The position numbers and the translations under genes were made by a program. Under the pieces are notes generated by a model. That model did no database searches and was not told the origin of the DNA. It saw nothing but the letters and a program-made list of their open reading frames with translations. From a virus (taxonomy: Duplodnaviria > Caudoviricetes), in the IMG/VR virus record IMGVR_UViG_3300021387_000484, positions 36,089 through 100,088 of that record: a stretch of DNA of 64,000 nucleotides; one strand, 5' to 3'. This document shows positions 48,189 through 59,095 of this stretch, in pieces. Each line of letters starts with the position of its first letter. Within the stretch, counting starts at the first letter, position 1.

Positions 48189-48455
48189 TCAGACTTCCTC
48201 GATATCCTCATCCGCTTCCTCCGGGACATCCACGTCCACACCTTCCATCAGGTCATCCATGCGGCAGTCCAGTGCCTTCGCCATGGCGTACAGGGTAGGT
48301 GCGCTCGGCACTCTCTTCCCGCTACAGTACCTGCTTATGGACACCTTGGTTATCCCTGCCTTCTCGGCGAGTGCCCTGTGGGTCATCCCCTTCTCTTCAC
48401 ACAGCCTGCGTATGTTCTTTGCAAGCACCAGTGCGCCTTGTTCTATGTCTGTCAT
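48189..48455 (-). CDS. XRE HTH protein
   Basis: LAEKAGITKVSISRY..P. Confidence 0.8.
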   Translation of the reverse strand: MTDIEQGALVLAKNIRRLCEEKGMTHRALAEKAGITKVSISRYCSGKRVPSAPTLYAMAKALDCRMDDLMEGVDVDVPEEADEDIEEV

Positions 48456-48488
48456 CCACTTCTCCTTTTCTTTCTCATCTTCTTTCTC

Positions 48489-49028
48489 CTACGTCGGTAT
48501 GTACGCCGAAGGCAGGGGCATCCATGCGAAGCACTGCTCGCCCGTAACGCCGTCAAAGTGCCAGTGGCCCTTAAACTGCCACCCGACGGCGCACTCCCTG
48601 ACCCTCTTCGGGTAGTCGTCGTCGCCCCAGCTGTCGCGCTCTATCCACCCAAGGACAGGCTTCAGCTCCTCTGGGAGCGCTTTCTCTACGGGTATCCACT
48701 GCCTGACCGGTGTGATTCCCTCTGCCATCGCAATGGCGCGGGGCATGTGGTCCGTGCACCCATCAGGGTCCTCCAAAAGAGCGGTGAAAATCACGGGGAC
48801 CACATCCATCCACCTGAGCAGGTCGTTCTTCTTCGACCTGCTGTGCACATCTTCCCCTAGACCATACCCAAGCTGACTTAATTGGTCAACAGCAGTATCC
48901 CTCTCCTTCTTTATCTGCTCGATAGAACCAAGGGCGCTTATCGCCATATTAATGGCTGTATCCACATCCACCTCGGGCGCGAAGAAGTGCGCGTTTTCCA
49001 GTATCTCTATCGCTTCACCAAATTTCAT
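48489..49028 (-). CDS. DUF551-like protein
   Basis: WIPVEKALPE..AWMPLP. Confidence 0.7.
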   Translation of the reverse strand: MKFGEAIEILENAHFFAPEVDVDTAINMAISALGSIEQIKKERDTAVDQLSQLGYGLGEDVHSRSKKNDLLRWMDVVPVIFTALLEDPDGCTDHMPRAIAMAEGITPVRQWIPVEKALPEELKPVLGWIERDSWGDDDYPKRVRECAVGWQFKGHWHFDGVTGEQCFAWMPLPSAYIPT

Positions 49029-49334
49029 TGTCCCTCCAGAATATCGCCTGCCCGCACTGCGGACATATCCCTTCGTCTTCCAGTTCACAGCCGCACGTGG
49101 GACACCTCGCTTCCCACGCCTCATGCCCCTCCGGGTCATATCCGTCGTATTGATAATCTGGTTCTTTTGGCACCATCTTCCCAAGGGCGTGCATGGCTAA
49201 GTCATATGCCTCGCCGAATTCTCTATCCATCACTACCGCCCCTCGGTTTGACGCCATCAGCTCCAGAGCTCTTGCAGGCGTAGGCGTTGCGTTTTTGGTC
49301 TTGTTCTCACCGTCTTCGTAAGACACCACATATC

Positions 49335-49727
49335 TCACGCCTCGTCTTCCTCCCTGTTGCTTAAATCTACCAGCGGGCACCAGTCTGGCCTGCCATCTTT
49401 CGGAACCTCTTCCGCGCGCTCATCGGCACTGGCACTCCATATCTGCAAGTAGCACAGCCTTGCGCCCTTATATGCGCAATCCCCGCATGATTCTGGCATC
49501 CGTATACCCCTTATCCCTACCATTGGCACCTCTCTTCCAGAGCGTGTGTTCCATGCCGCGATAGCTTCCTCTTCAGAGTGGTACATACCGCTTTCTGCTC
49601 CACATCCGCCCTCGTCGTACCGGCACAGAACAGTGTAGCGGTCACGCCACCCGTCCTTGCCTTTGAAAATCATTACCTTCCCTTCATGCCCACAAAACGG
49701 GCAAGGCAGTATCTCACTCATCTTCAC
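49335..49727 (-). CDS. Lar-like (restriction alleviation) Zn-ribbon protein
   Basis: LPCPFCG..C..EEAIAAWNTR. Confidence 0.65.
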   Translation of the reverse strand: MKMSEILPCPFCGHEGKVMIFKGKDGWRDRYTVLCRYDEGGCGAESGMYHSEEEAIAAWNTRSGREVPMVGIRGIRMPESCGDCAYKGARLCYLQIWSASADERAEEVPKDGRPDWCPLVDLSNREEDEA

Positions 49728-50489
49728 TCCTCTTTATGGCATCCTCTATATCGGACGCTACATCCTGCCAGCTGTCGCCGGGGTCGTGGCTCATTGCCGT
49801 CTCCCACATGGAGTAGAAAGCCTTACCGCCGAACACGAACAGGCCTATGGACCCGACGGCATGGACCAGCCCGTCAGCTTTCCCCTGCTCGTAGTCGTCC
49901 AGTTCCCTCTTTCGCGCCATCTGGAAGCCGCACGCATACATCTCTATCAGGTTTTTCTTCAATTCCTCTTCTGTTGCCCTCATATTTCCTCCTATGCTCT
50001 TAACGATGCACGGCACAGACAGGCATGTATCCTCTCTGCCCCTGTTGGGTGATAATCCTTACTGTGGCTCCTCTTCTGGCTCTTCCTCGCCAAAGGATAT
50101 CCTGTACTCTATCTCCGCCCCGCAATTCGTACAGTGGCAGGCATGGACAATCCCTTCGCCGAACAGGCCGTAATCCTCGAAGTCGAAGTCCGCGTCCCAT
50201 ATAACGGCCCTTTCACCACAATGGAAACATTCATACATCACTATGTCTGCCTCCTTACTTGTTTTTCTTCAGTGACTTCTCATAATCCTCCCACTTCCGA
50301 AGGAGCTTGCTATAGTAGGTTCTCTCCGCACCGCTGGACTCTTTGACGCACTCCCTGATGAAATTGCACGGGACCGCTTCCACCTCGGGCAGGTCCTTTA
50401 TCTGCCTTGCAAAGTAAGCGGCTGTCCTTACATAATCATAGGGAGAAATAAAAGTAAGTCCTGAGTAGTCCAGCGAAAGATTTTCCGTA

Positions 50490-50789
50490 TCAACCAGCCG
50501 CATCCACGACCACCTCCTCTGTCACAAGGATGTCATCTACCTTTACATCCAACACCCTCGCCAGTACGACAAGGTTGTCAAGAACGGGCATTGTATAGCC
50601 GTTGAGCCATGCGTATACCGACCCCGGCACCGCAAGCCCCAGTTCCTTCTGGATGTCTTTGACCGACAGCCCCCTCATTTTCCTGAGCTCATTTATGCGC
50701 TCCCCAGTCCTTTTCATATCCACCGTGGGAATAGTCCTCATTTTTCCCGGCTCCCTTCTGTGACCTATCATTTCTTTGCATCGACCCAT
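50490..50789 (-). CDS. XRE HTH protein
   Basis: TGERINELRK..SVYAWLNG..P.LDNL. Confidence 0.75.
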   Translation of the reverse strand: MGRCKEMIGHRREPGKMRTIPTVDMKRTGERINELRKMRGLSVKDIQKELGLAVPGSVYAWLNGYTMPVLDNLVVLARVLDVKVDDILVTEEVVVDAAG

Positions 50790-50800
50790 TCAGTCAATGG

Positions 50801-51016
50801 CTATGGGCTTTTTATAAGGTCGTCGACCGTTATCTCTAACGCGTCTGCGACCTTCACGGCGTTCTTCAGGCTCATGTCCACCTTGCCGCAGACATAGCTT
50901 GAAAATGTCGAGTATGGAATCCCACACATTTGTGCCATTGCTTTAACCGTCATCTCCCTCTCATACATCTCCTTCATGAGTCTTTCCCTGACCGCTTCTC
51001 TTACTGTCATTCTCAT
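50801..51016 (-). CDS. XRE HTH protein
   Basis: MAQMCGIPYSTFSSY..VADALEITVDDL. Confidence 0.75.
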   Translation of the reverse strand: MRMTVREAVRERLMKEMYEREMTVKAMAQMCGIPYSTFSSYVCGKVDMSLKNAVKVADALEITVDDLIKSP

Positions 51017-51335
51017 TCAGCTCCTTTGCCTTTTTGTCTGCCCACAGCATGGTATCGAAGACGTGTAACCACTGCCCGGTGTGGGTGTCCACAACCACGT
51101 ACATAAGCCCGTGATGCCTTGAAAACTCGATTTGAGTCTTATACCTCGGATACTCCCTCTTTGTGGTATCCATGGTTCTCCTTTCCGGGCGGTCACAGCC
51201 AAACCGCCCACTGTTTACAGTTACGTGTGGTTATCCATGTCTTTGTGTTTCCAGTACAAAGATGACTATCTACGATTTACTTTTTGCCCGCTCGCTTTTT
51301 ATGGTTGCTATATATATGGCTGTGCATTTATACAT

Positions 51336-51710
51336 TTAAACATCTGCCTCTTCCCTATGGTTTGCTCTCTCAATGCTGAAGCCATCGGGATAGCGTGTCC
51401 TGAGCTTGTCGATGTTCATCTGTAAAATCTCATCCAAATCCCAGCCGAAAGAATGCGCCATGCAGGCGACGTACCAAGTTATATCACCTAACTCCTTTTT
51501 GGCGTGAGTGATATCCATGTCTGTCTTGTGGAAAATCCACTTCTTTATCATGTCGTTGAGTTCGCCGACTTCACCGGATAATCCCATGGTTGCCATGACG
51601 ATACCGCCCATGTCATAGTCCATGCGTCCATCCAGTGCCTTATTCAGACGCTCCGTGGAATTTCCGTCATTTGTTCGCATTGCTAAATACTGATAATCCG
51701 CTCCTGTCAT
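51336..51710 (-). CDS. MazG-like nucleotide pyrophosphohydrolase
   Basis: GLSGEVGE..KK..ELGDITWY..N..KL..RYP. Confidence 0.85.
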   Translation of the reverse strand: MTGADYQYLAMRTNDGNSTERLNKALDGRMDYDMGGIVMATMGLSGEVGELNDMIKKWIFHKTDMDITHAKKELGDITWYVACMAHSFGWDLDEILQMNIDKLRTRYPDGFSIERANHREEADV

Positions 51711-52006
51711 AACTGTCCCTGTCCCTTTCTATGGCTGAAAATCTCGCCGCCGATTGCCCCGTAGCCACACAGGTCTACGAAGCTGTCCCCCGTACCGCCG
51801 CCGTTCTTGATGCGTGCGACCTTGAGCAGGCACATCATCATAGCCACGTCCAATGGGTATACCTCTGTGTCCAGATACTCTGACCAGAGCCGCGCGATAG
51901 TCCCTAAATTGTTCTCCGGGGACCCGTAGTCCAGTTCTCTCTGCCCGCATATCGCGGCCTCTGCTTTTCTCAGTACTTCAGCCCTTATACTTCCTGCGCT
52001 TTCCAT
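51707..52006 (-). CDS. DUF6378-like protein
   Basis: R..YGSPENN..IA.LWS..LKVAR..DSFVD.CGY. Confidence 0.7.
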   Translation of the reverse strand: MESAGSIRAEVLRKAEAAICGQRELDYGSPENNLGTIARLWSEYLDTEVYPLDVAMMMCLLKVARIKNGGGTGDSFVDLCGYGAIGGEIFSHRKGQGQL

Positions 52007-52306
52007 TTTATTAAACCTTCCTTCAGACATATCCCTTGAGGGCGTACCACCGCCTTCGTACAGCCTCTTCGGACCTGCCAATCTCTTCAGCAATGTCAGC
52101 ATACGTCCTGTTCTCCTTCCGCATCTGTATGATAACCGCGTCCTGCGCAGGCGTGTAGGCGAACGACCTCCTGTATACAGCACTGCTTTCAATCTCTGTT
52201 TCTTCAACGGGATTAGCCTCCCCATCCACCGTCTCGTACTTCGGCGGTTCGGGGAGGCTGTTCACGTTGCATTTGATTCTTGCCAACAGTCATCACCTCT
52301 GAGTAG

Positions 52307-52864
52307 TCATTTTTGATAATCCACAAAGTCGGGGACGCTCTGCATGCTCTCCACAGTGCGCCACCTGCCGTTTGCTTCCTTGTACTGCCAGCGCAGTTCA
52401 TAGGTGCTGTAGCGCATCGTGCAGGGCAAGGTTGAGATATCGTATATATAGGCCACTGTATTGTCCTTGCGGAGCTCAACCTCCAGAACCCACTCGCCGT
52501 TCCTCTTGCAGTACACACTCTCGGTGTCCATGTGCCCGTCATGGGAGTAAGAGTACCACCTGTTTCCGCCTTCTATACGCATCTGCGCCCGGACCATAGA
52601 GCCCTTCGGATAATCCTTTGAACCCGTCTCGTGGCAGTAATACCACCTTCCGCCATGCCTCACCTTTCCAGTAAGCATGGTGCCATGGTCATAGATGAAG
52701 TAATGACCACGGTCTTCTACGATACCGTCTTTTGGGCGTCCAAGCGCCATCTGTTCAAACGTCACCCCGCATCTGTCAGCCGCCACGGCACTGATTGATA
52801 ATGTGCAAAGCGCCATGACCAGACAGAGCACCCAAACCAGAATCCTTCTTGTTTTTCCTCTCAT
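52307..52864 (-). CDS. Exported protein with cell-wall-binding-like aromatic repeats
   Basis: Signal peptide; WYY/WYS..GxM repeats. Confidence 0.6.
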   Translation of the reverse strand: MRGKTRRILVWVLCLVMALCTLSISAVAADRCGVTFEQMALGRPKDGIVEDRGHYFIYDHGTMLTGKVRHGGRWYYCHETGSKDYPKGSMVRAQMRIEGGNRWYSYSHDGHMDTESVYCKRNGEWVLEVELRKDNTVAYIYDISTLPCTMRYSTYELRWQYKEANGRWRTVESMQSVPDFVDYQK

Positions 52865-53561
52865 CTCTTCCCCCCTGCTACAAATCCTGAAAGCATTATC
52901 GTCATGAGTTGCATGTACTGGAAGTCGGGGAGTATCACCCCGAACTTTGCCATCAGCAGTATCATCCCGAAGAATGCCGCAAACCCCAGCACAGCCCTGA
53001 CTTCACCCTCGGTTATCTTCTTCATGTGATTTTCCTGTCACCTTTTCCATAACTTCCTGTGCCCGCCTTTCCCCTATGCCCTTTACGGACAACAGGATTT
53101 TAAGCAGGTCTTCGGCGTCAAGGACCACCGCATCTACCTCATTGTTGATGTTTACTTTTCCTCGTGCATTCTTGAAGGCGTCGACCGCCTCATTCCAGCC
53201 TTCGTCGTATGCAGTCTTGTGTATCGACCGGACCCACAATATGAAGTTATTCAGGCTCATCGCCTTGACCTTCCTAAAGTCTCCTTGGAACTGTTTGTAT
53301 GAGTCGGTTGGTATGGTTACCTTGGACATATGACCGCCCCTTTTTACGGATTATCATCCTCGTCCTGAAAGCCTGCAATAAGTTTGCCAGCCACCATGGC
53401 AAGCCCTTTTTGCACGGCGTCCATAGAGATGTCAGCCAGTTTATCTGCAAGTGCTTCAGGCACGTCCAGTTCATCCATTATGGCTTCTTTTACCTTCTTC
53501 TTGTTCTCAGGCTTCATGATTTCTCCTTTTTGCATATGTCATCAGGACTGACTATGCACCC

Positions 53562-53633
53562 GTAATACTCGCATTTATACTGCGGCGGGTAAGAGCTGTA
53601 ATACTCGCACTTATACTGCGGCGGGTAAGAACT
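53562..53633. repeat. 36-bp tandem duplication (YSSYPPQYKCEY x2) in ORF 53514..53903
   Basis: Two copies with 2 mismatches. Confidence 0.9.
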
Positions 53634-54485
53634 GTATATAGACGAGTAATCCAGATGCTCACATTCGCCACAGCGCTTTGGGTTTTTGATATAAAGCTCT
53701 CCCTCTGTAAGCCCCTTCGCAAGAAGCTTTCTGCACTCACCGCACAGACACAGGCTCCCGCCGTTTGTGTACATACCCGTAGAGTGGATAAGTGTAGCCC
53801 TGACCATCTCGGGGTCCTCTGAAGCGTCCTTGCCGCACCCAAGGCATGTGCCGAACCTGCTTTCTTCTTCACACAGGTTTATCTTCTTCACCCTTATCAT
53901 CATTTTGTTTCCTCAGAGCCTCCAAAACGTGCTTCAGTCCCGTAAAGTTGCTTCCTGTCCTTACGATATCATCGTTTATCGTGTCCACCACCAACTGGTC
54001 TCCCTTTAAGCGGAGCAGTTGTTTCAGGCCATTTGGGCGGCCACAGACGAACACCGCCTTCTCATGGGCTGGAAGTATCTCCACCTCATCCCCCAGTTCG
54101 AAGGCCACCTTCTTGTCATACTCGGCCAGAATCCTGACGGCGTCATAGGGGTCGGTGTTCTTGAAAATCTCGTCGACTAAGAAGGTCCCGAAAAGCTCGG
54201 TGTTCTCGTCATTGGTAAGCCCGCCGCATTCCTCAATGCAGGCTATCCGCATGGCGGCTTTCCACACCTTATCTACTGCCTGCTTGGTGGCGCCTTGTGC
54301 TTCCACATACCCCCTGTGATACTCGTTTCTGAGCGCAGAGCAGTTGTCGCACTCGCCTTCCTCAGGCCCCTCATATTCTTTGGCAGATATTATCCCGAGC
54401 TGAGCAAGCTCCGGGGGGACGACACCCCCGGCAAACACAATCCCCTTTTCTGTCAGAAGGACTACCTTGTCGTCATCACCGGTCT

Positions 54486-54779
54486 CTATGATGTACTTTC
54501 CCATAGTCCCTCTCCTCTCAGCTGAAATGTCTGATAGACAGCGTTGCCAAGCGCCGTGACAAATGTCTCATCCATCGACAGGTCCTCCCTGCCAATATGG
54601 ACCAGTATCCCGTGCATAATCTCATGATGGAGCGTCTCTTCCTTCACTTCGGCAGACATGTCCTTGTTCAGGGTGATAATCGCCTTCCTGTAGTCTATCT
54701 GTCCCAGATGCGAATCCATGTCAAAGGAATCCTCACGCTCTATGACCTCGTGCGGGATACCGCATATCTTAACTTTCAT
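54486..54779 (-). CDS. Small HExxH zincin-like protein
   Basis: G.IDY..I.L..ETLHHEIMHG. Confidence 0.65.
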   Translation of the reverse strand: MKVKICGIPHEVIEREDSFDMDSHLGQIDYRKAIITLNKDMSAEVKEETLHHEIMHGILVHIGREDLSMDETFVTALGNAVYQTFQLRGEGLWESTS

Positions 54780-55198
54780 CTTCCTCCCCCATAGTCCTTT
54801 TGATATGAGAAATTATGGAATGTGTTTTACCCGTATTTCTGCAATCTTTCATGTGTACGCACTGGACTGCGTTATGATATGGGAACATGACCTGCATGTC
54901 ACAGCCTTCCAGAAAATTCCCGAAGCCGACGACCATGCCGCGCTTTCCGTCTTTGATAATCTCATCCCCTACGTGGAATTCCTCTTCTTTTTGGCTTTTG
55001 CTGTCTCGGCACCCATCGTCATATCCCTTCTGATAGTTGAGCTTTGCGACTCTTTCAATATCATGCGCATGCCTGAGCTCTGCCTTGGCATATGATGTCA
55101 GCTTATCCAGACCGTTCTGGTCAAAGACAAGACTCCGAAAGTTCTTTGCCCGATAGAGCTTTTCCCCTTCGCTGTTCACAAAGGGCGAGTCCTCTATC

Positions 55199-55744
55199 TC
55201 AATGATGTACTTCTTCAACCTTCCCCCTCCTTCCACACGGCCTCATCTCATGGCAGACGCCGCCGTTATAATCGCACATAGGCACCAGCAGGTGCTCTAT
55301 CTCGGGTGTGGCCAGAGCGGCACACTCACACATCATGCGGACCGCTTCTCGCGTCTTTGCCGAAGCCTTGCCGCACAGCCTCTTGTTTGCTATCACCATA
55401 AGCTCCTCGGCGTTGACATCCAGTATCATATTGACCGGAGTATCCCGCCTTGCCGCGTCACCATCCATCTTGTCCTGCCGGTCGTTGCGAAGGCTCGACA
55501 CATATGGCTGTGCATGGACATGCCTGCACAGGTGGACCGAAGTGTTGGACGGGATGTCAATAAACATGAAGCTGTATTTGAGATACCTTATGGGGCTGTG
55601 CCTTGCCTCCAGTATGGCCTTTCGCCACTCTGCCTCAGGCAGTCTCACATCGCCCAATCCCTTCCCGTACTCAGTGATAAGTGCGCGCCTCTTGCACTCC
55701 ACCCAGTTCTTTTCTGTCGGTGCTTCCAGTAGTCTTACTTCCAC
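55199..55744 (-). CDS. thyX: FAD-dependent thymidylate synthase
   Basis: ARHSP, HLCRH..S.R, N..EL..R.C motifs. Confidence 0.75.
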   Translation of the reverse strand: MEVRLLEAPTEKNWVECKRRALITEYGKGLGDVRLPEAEWRKAILEARHSPIRYLKYSFMFIDIPSNTSVHLCRHVHAQPYVSSLRNDRQDKMDGDAARRDTPVNMILDVNAEELMVIANKRLCGKASAKTREAVRMMCECAALATPEIEHLLVPMCDYNGGVCHEMRPCGRRGKVEEVHH

Positions 55745-55986
55745 CGTCTCCCCCTTTCTTCTTTTACGACCTGTCCTATAACCTTCAGCTTCTCGGAATC
55801 ACTCTTCAATGTTCCAAGTACTGCGCGGACAGCGGATAGCTGTGTCTCCAGCATTACCATTTCCTCAACACGCCTTTGGCTCTCATCCTCGATAATGGTC
55901 AGCAGAGCGACAATGGCGTTGTAGCTCCTTCCGCTTTCGGAGATTTTTTTTATAGCCTCGTTGAATTCTGTTGCGTTCATATGACC

Positions 55987-56379
55987 TCACTTCTCATCAA
56001 TGATGACCGTTCCGGTCGGGTAGTAGATGACATGGCGCTTGCCGTTTTCATCGTCAAAGATGATTCGGTCGTTGTCGTAGTCCACATCGAACCTGCCCTC
56101 ATAATGTTTTATCGGCTCACCGGTCATGGAGTAGACAGTGACCTCGCGTTCTATCCCGTTCGTGAAGTTGGACTCCTGTGACTTTATGGCACGGAGCCCG
56201 GAGGCGGTACTTGAGTAGTACCACCTAAACACTGCATACATGATTAGGACTGCAATAACCGCAACCATCACGGAAATGGTTTTTGCCATGGTCGATTTTT
56301 GATTTGATGCAAGTACCAATCCTACTGCCAAGACGCATATGGCCAGAAATATAAATAGTGCCCATCCGCCTACAGTCAT
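55987..56379 (-). CDS. Membrane protein (2 TM helices)
   Basis: Two hydrophobic helices followed by a beta-rich domain. Confidence 0.65.
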   Translation of the reverse strand: MTVGGWALFIFLAICVLAVGLVLASNQKSTMAKTISVMVAVIAVLIMYAVFRWYYSSTASGLRAIKSQESNFTNGIEREVTVYSMTGEPIKHYEGRFDVDYDNDRIIFDDENGKRHVIYYPTGTVIIDEK

Positions 56380-57073
56380 CCATAACTCCTTTCGCGGGCA
56401 TTGCAGAACGCAATCAGGTAGTCCGCTATCTCTCGTATCTCGTCAGTGTCGAACATGTCGGCTTCGAACGTATTATCATCCGGGCTGTCTGTAGCTGTCT
56501 TGGAAAATACCTTTGAAGCCCATATCTGCACATCCGTCTTATTGACCCTCTTTCTCCCTTTTATGAGCTTTTGCGCGACATCAATTGGCATGTCACAGTC
56601 TTCTACAGTAAACATTGTCATGCTCCACTTCTTCCCTCTGAACAAAAGCCATCAGGGTCTACGCCAAACAGCGTCCCGCGCGGGCTGACGCATCTCCTTG
56701 TTGACGGTTTGTAGTACTCACAGCCCTTGCAGTGCAACTCAACGCCCTTTGCCTCATAGAACCGGCATGAACAGACGTTGTCGTTTCCCCTGCCGTCCCC
56801 GAACATAACGTCCTCGAATTTTGCCCCGCACTCGGCGATAGTGAACCTGCACGAGTCGCACAGATTAACCTTGTTATTTATGACCTTCGCCCCTTTTATG
56901 CTCAGTGATAATCCCGCCATCTGATTCTCCCTTCTTCCCTATCCTCGGCCTGAAATCCTCACAGTCTTCAAAATAGGCAAAGCTGTGGGGCCTGAACTTT
57001 TCTATGATGTTCGACGGGTGCCTCATACACGTAACGTTGTCGCACTCCCTCTTGCAGAATGTCATATCGTCAG

Positions 57074-57343
57074 TCATTCCTTCTCCTTCTCAACTATGAC
57101 CACCTCGCCCTCGAAGACGCCAATGTCCTTCGACTGCCTGAACCGGTGCGTCTCGGCATGCTCTCCGTCCCTCATGGGCCTTGTGAGATACCACAGGACG
57201 CTTTTATCCTTCCAAGTTATCTCCTCAAGCTTCTCCCCGGGGTCCAGATTGATAATCGCTTTCCCGCCAAAATCACGGGCCGCCTTCTGGCACCCCGTCA
57301 GAGTAAGTGCCGCGATGAGAACGGCTATGAACGCTTTCCTCAT
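57074..57343 (-). CDS. Lipoprotein
   Basis: MRK-hydrophobic-LTGC lipobox. Confidence 0.7.
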   Translation of the reverse strand: MRKAFIAVLIAALTLTGCQKAARDFGGKAIINLDPGEKLEEITWKDKSVLWYLTRPMRDGEHAETHRFRQSKDIGVFEGEVVIVEKEKE

Positions 57344-57529
57344 ACCTCTTCTTCCGCCTCCTCGAATTCCTCTGAGGGGCAAAACTCCTTTGTGGACCGC
57401 TCATAGCAGGAAGCACACAAATGAAACAAACTCGTCCCATCGCTTCCTTCTGTCCTCACGGCCCAGAACTCGGTCATACCTCTGGAATCCTGAAAGTCCG
57501 TCTTCTTACAGCAGTCGCACATCATCATG

Positions 57530-57931
57530 TTACTCATCGGGTTCCCCTTTCACTTTTGGTCCTATATAGCTTTGGAAGGTACATCCGGTCCCATATAGCT
57601 TTGGAAGATACATCCACGCCACCGGACTGCACTTCTCCAAAAAGTCCTTTCCTGTCCCCCACTCGCCGGTACTCTCGTAGTAGCGCCCGACCGTCACTCT
57701 TTCATCAGGCAGACATATCGCCACTGTAGGGTACTCCATCAAGCTCATATCAGCCTCAGGAAGCCCTTCTTCGACCGGTACCCACACAGATTCTTCCTTC
57801 CCCAATGCTTCTATGGCTGTGTCCAGTGCCTCTACATCAAGTGTGACCGCCTTCCAGTTCCGCGAGTTACGCTTTTGGAATATGTCATCACGTATCCTGC
57901 ACAGCTTGAAAATTGCGTCCCTTGCCCTCAC
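57530..57931 (-). CDS. DUF551-like protein
   Basis: WVPVEEGLPE..VAWMYLP. Confidence 0.65.
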   Translation of the reverse strand: MRARDAIFKLCRIRDDIFQKRNSRNWKAVTLDVEALDTAIEALGKEESVWVPVEEGLPEADMSLMEYPTVAICLPDERVTVGRYYESTGEWGTGKDFLEKCSPVAWMYLPKLYGTGCTFQSYIGPKVKGEPDE

Positions 57932-58828
57932 TTTCCTCCTCCACGCATGTAAGCCTCTTTATGTGCTGTGTGCTGACCACATCACATACCAATCCGTGTT
58001 TTTCACACTCCACAAGCCCTGTATCATAAGGCATGTTTGGGGCGAAGCGGACCTTGAAGGACCCGCACTTGTAGCACTGTTTCACGGCTGTCTCCTTTTC
58101 TTATCCTTCTTGATTGGCTTAATCTCGTAACGCCATTTTCTGGCGTCCTCCCCAATCTTTTGAAAAAGCCTCGCCTCGGCAAGCATGGGAGTCTCCTCCC
58201 TTATGCCGAAAACGAAGCTTTTTTTCTGTCTGTTCCAGATGCCCCACTCAAGTCCGGGAACACCTATATGATAGGTACTTGTCTTCAATCATCACCCTCC
58301 GCGACAGGCTCTGCCATGCTCAATCCTCTTTTTAGTCTGTATGAGCCGTCTTCCCCTATCTCCACGTCTCCCCACCCCGCCTCACAAAGGATAGGGCAGT
58401 GGATTGGCCTTCTAGCGGGGTTTAAGGTCTTACACATGGGCTGATGGACCGGGCATTGGAGACTCCCGTCATCAAACCCCTTTGGCCTTGTCATGCGCCC
58501 TATAAGGCATTCCCCGCAGTTGTTGGGATAGCGGATGTCCAGCACGACCACTTCTTCAGCCCTCCAAGTCCTGACCGTCGGGGTAGAACATGGTGCCGTA
58601 CCTCGTGCCCTCTTCCTCAACAAAGACCCTGCCAACCTTAGTGCCCTTCTTTGCAGTGACAATGATGGTGCCGTCACCAAGCATGTCATGAATCTTTGCC
58701 TGTTCTATCTCCTTGTTGAGCCACACAAGGAACTCCGCTTCTGGCTTTGCCCAGAGCTCCGTGGCGTACATGCCGAATACTCTTTGGAACAGTTCTGCGT
58801 TATTCATCCTCTCCCCCCTTTTTATTTC

Positions 58829-58880
58829 AGGACGCATTTTGCTTTCCCATTTCCTCTATATTATTTGCTGTAAGCGTCCC
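58829..58880 (-). ncRNA. Small CAGCAA-motif stem RNA
   Basis: GGGACGC-TTACAGCAA-...-GCGTCCT terminal stem. Confidence 0.6.
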
Positions 58881-58884
58881 ATAG

Positions 58885-59000
58885 GGCGACCGGCGGGACT
58901 CGAACCCGCGACCTCTCCATTACCAGTGGAAGAAATTTTGCTGTCAGGACCACGGACATGGTCCATTTTCATAGCGCTCTGCCAACTGAGCTACGGTCGC
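58885..59000 (-). tRNA. tRNA-Thr(GGT)-like with 43-nt insertion between D and anticodon arms
   Basis: Acceptor GCGACCG/CGGTCGC, D arm GCTC/GAGC, anticodon TTCCA-CTGGTAA-TGGAG, T arm GCGGG-TTCGAGT-CCCGC; insert 58932-58974. Confidence 0.8.
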
Positions 59001-59011
59001 ACTTTATATTC

Positions 59012-59092
59012 AGGACACTCGGGGGACTTGAACCCCCAAAACAGGGCTTTCGCTCGTTTCTTATCCACAGGTTAGGTTGCTGTGAGTGTCCC
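59012..59092 (-). ncRNA. CAGCAA-motif RNA with T-arm (tRNA half-mimic)
   Basis: GGGACACTC-ACAGCAA...GGGGG-TTCAAGT-CCCCC-GAGTGTCCT. Confidence 0.65.
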
Positions 59093-59095
59093 GAT

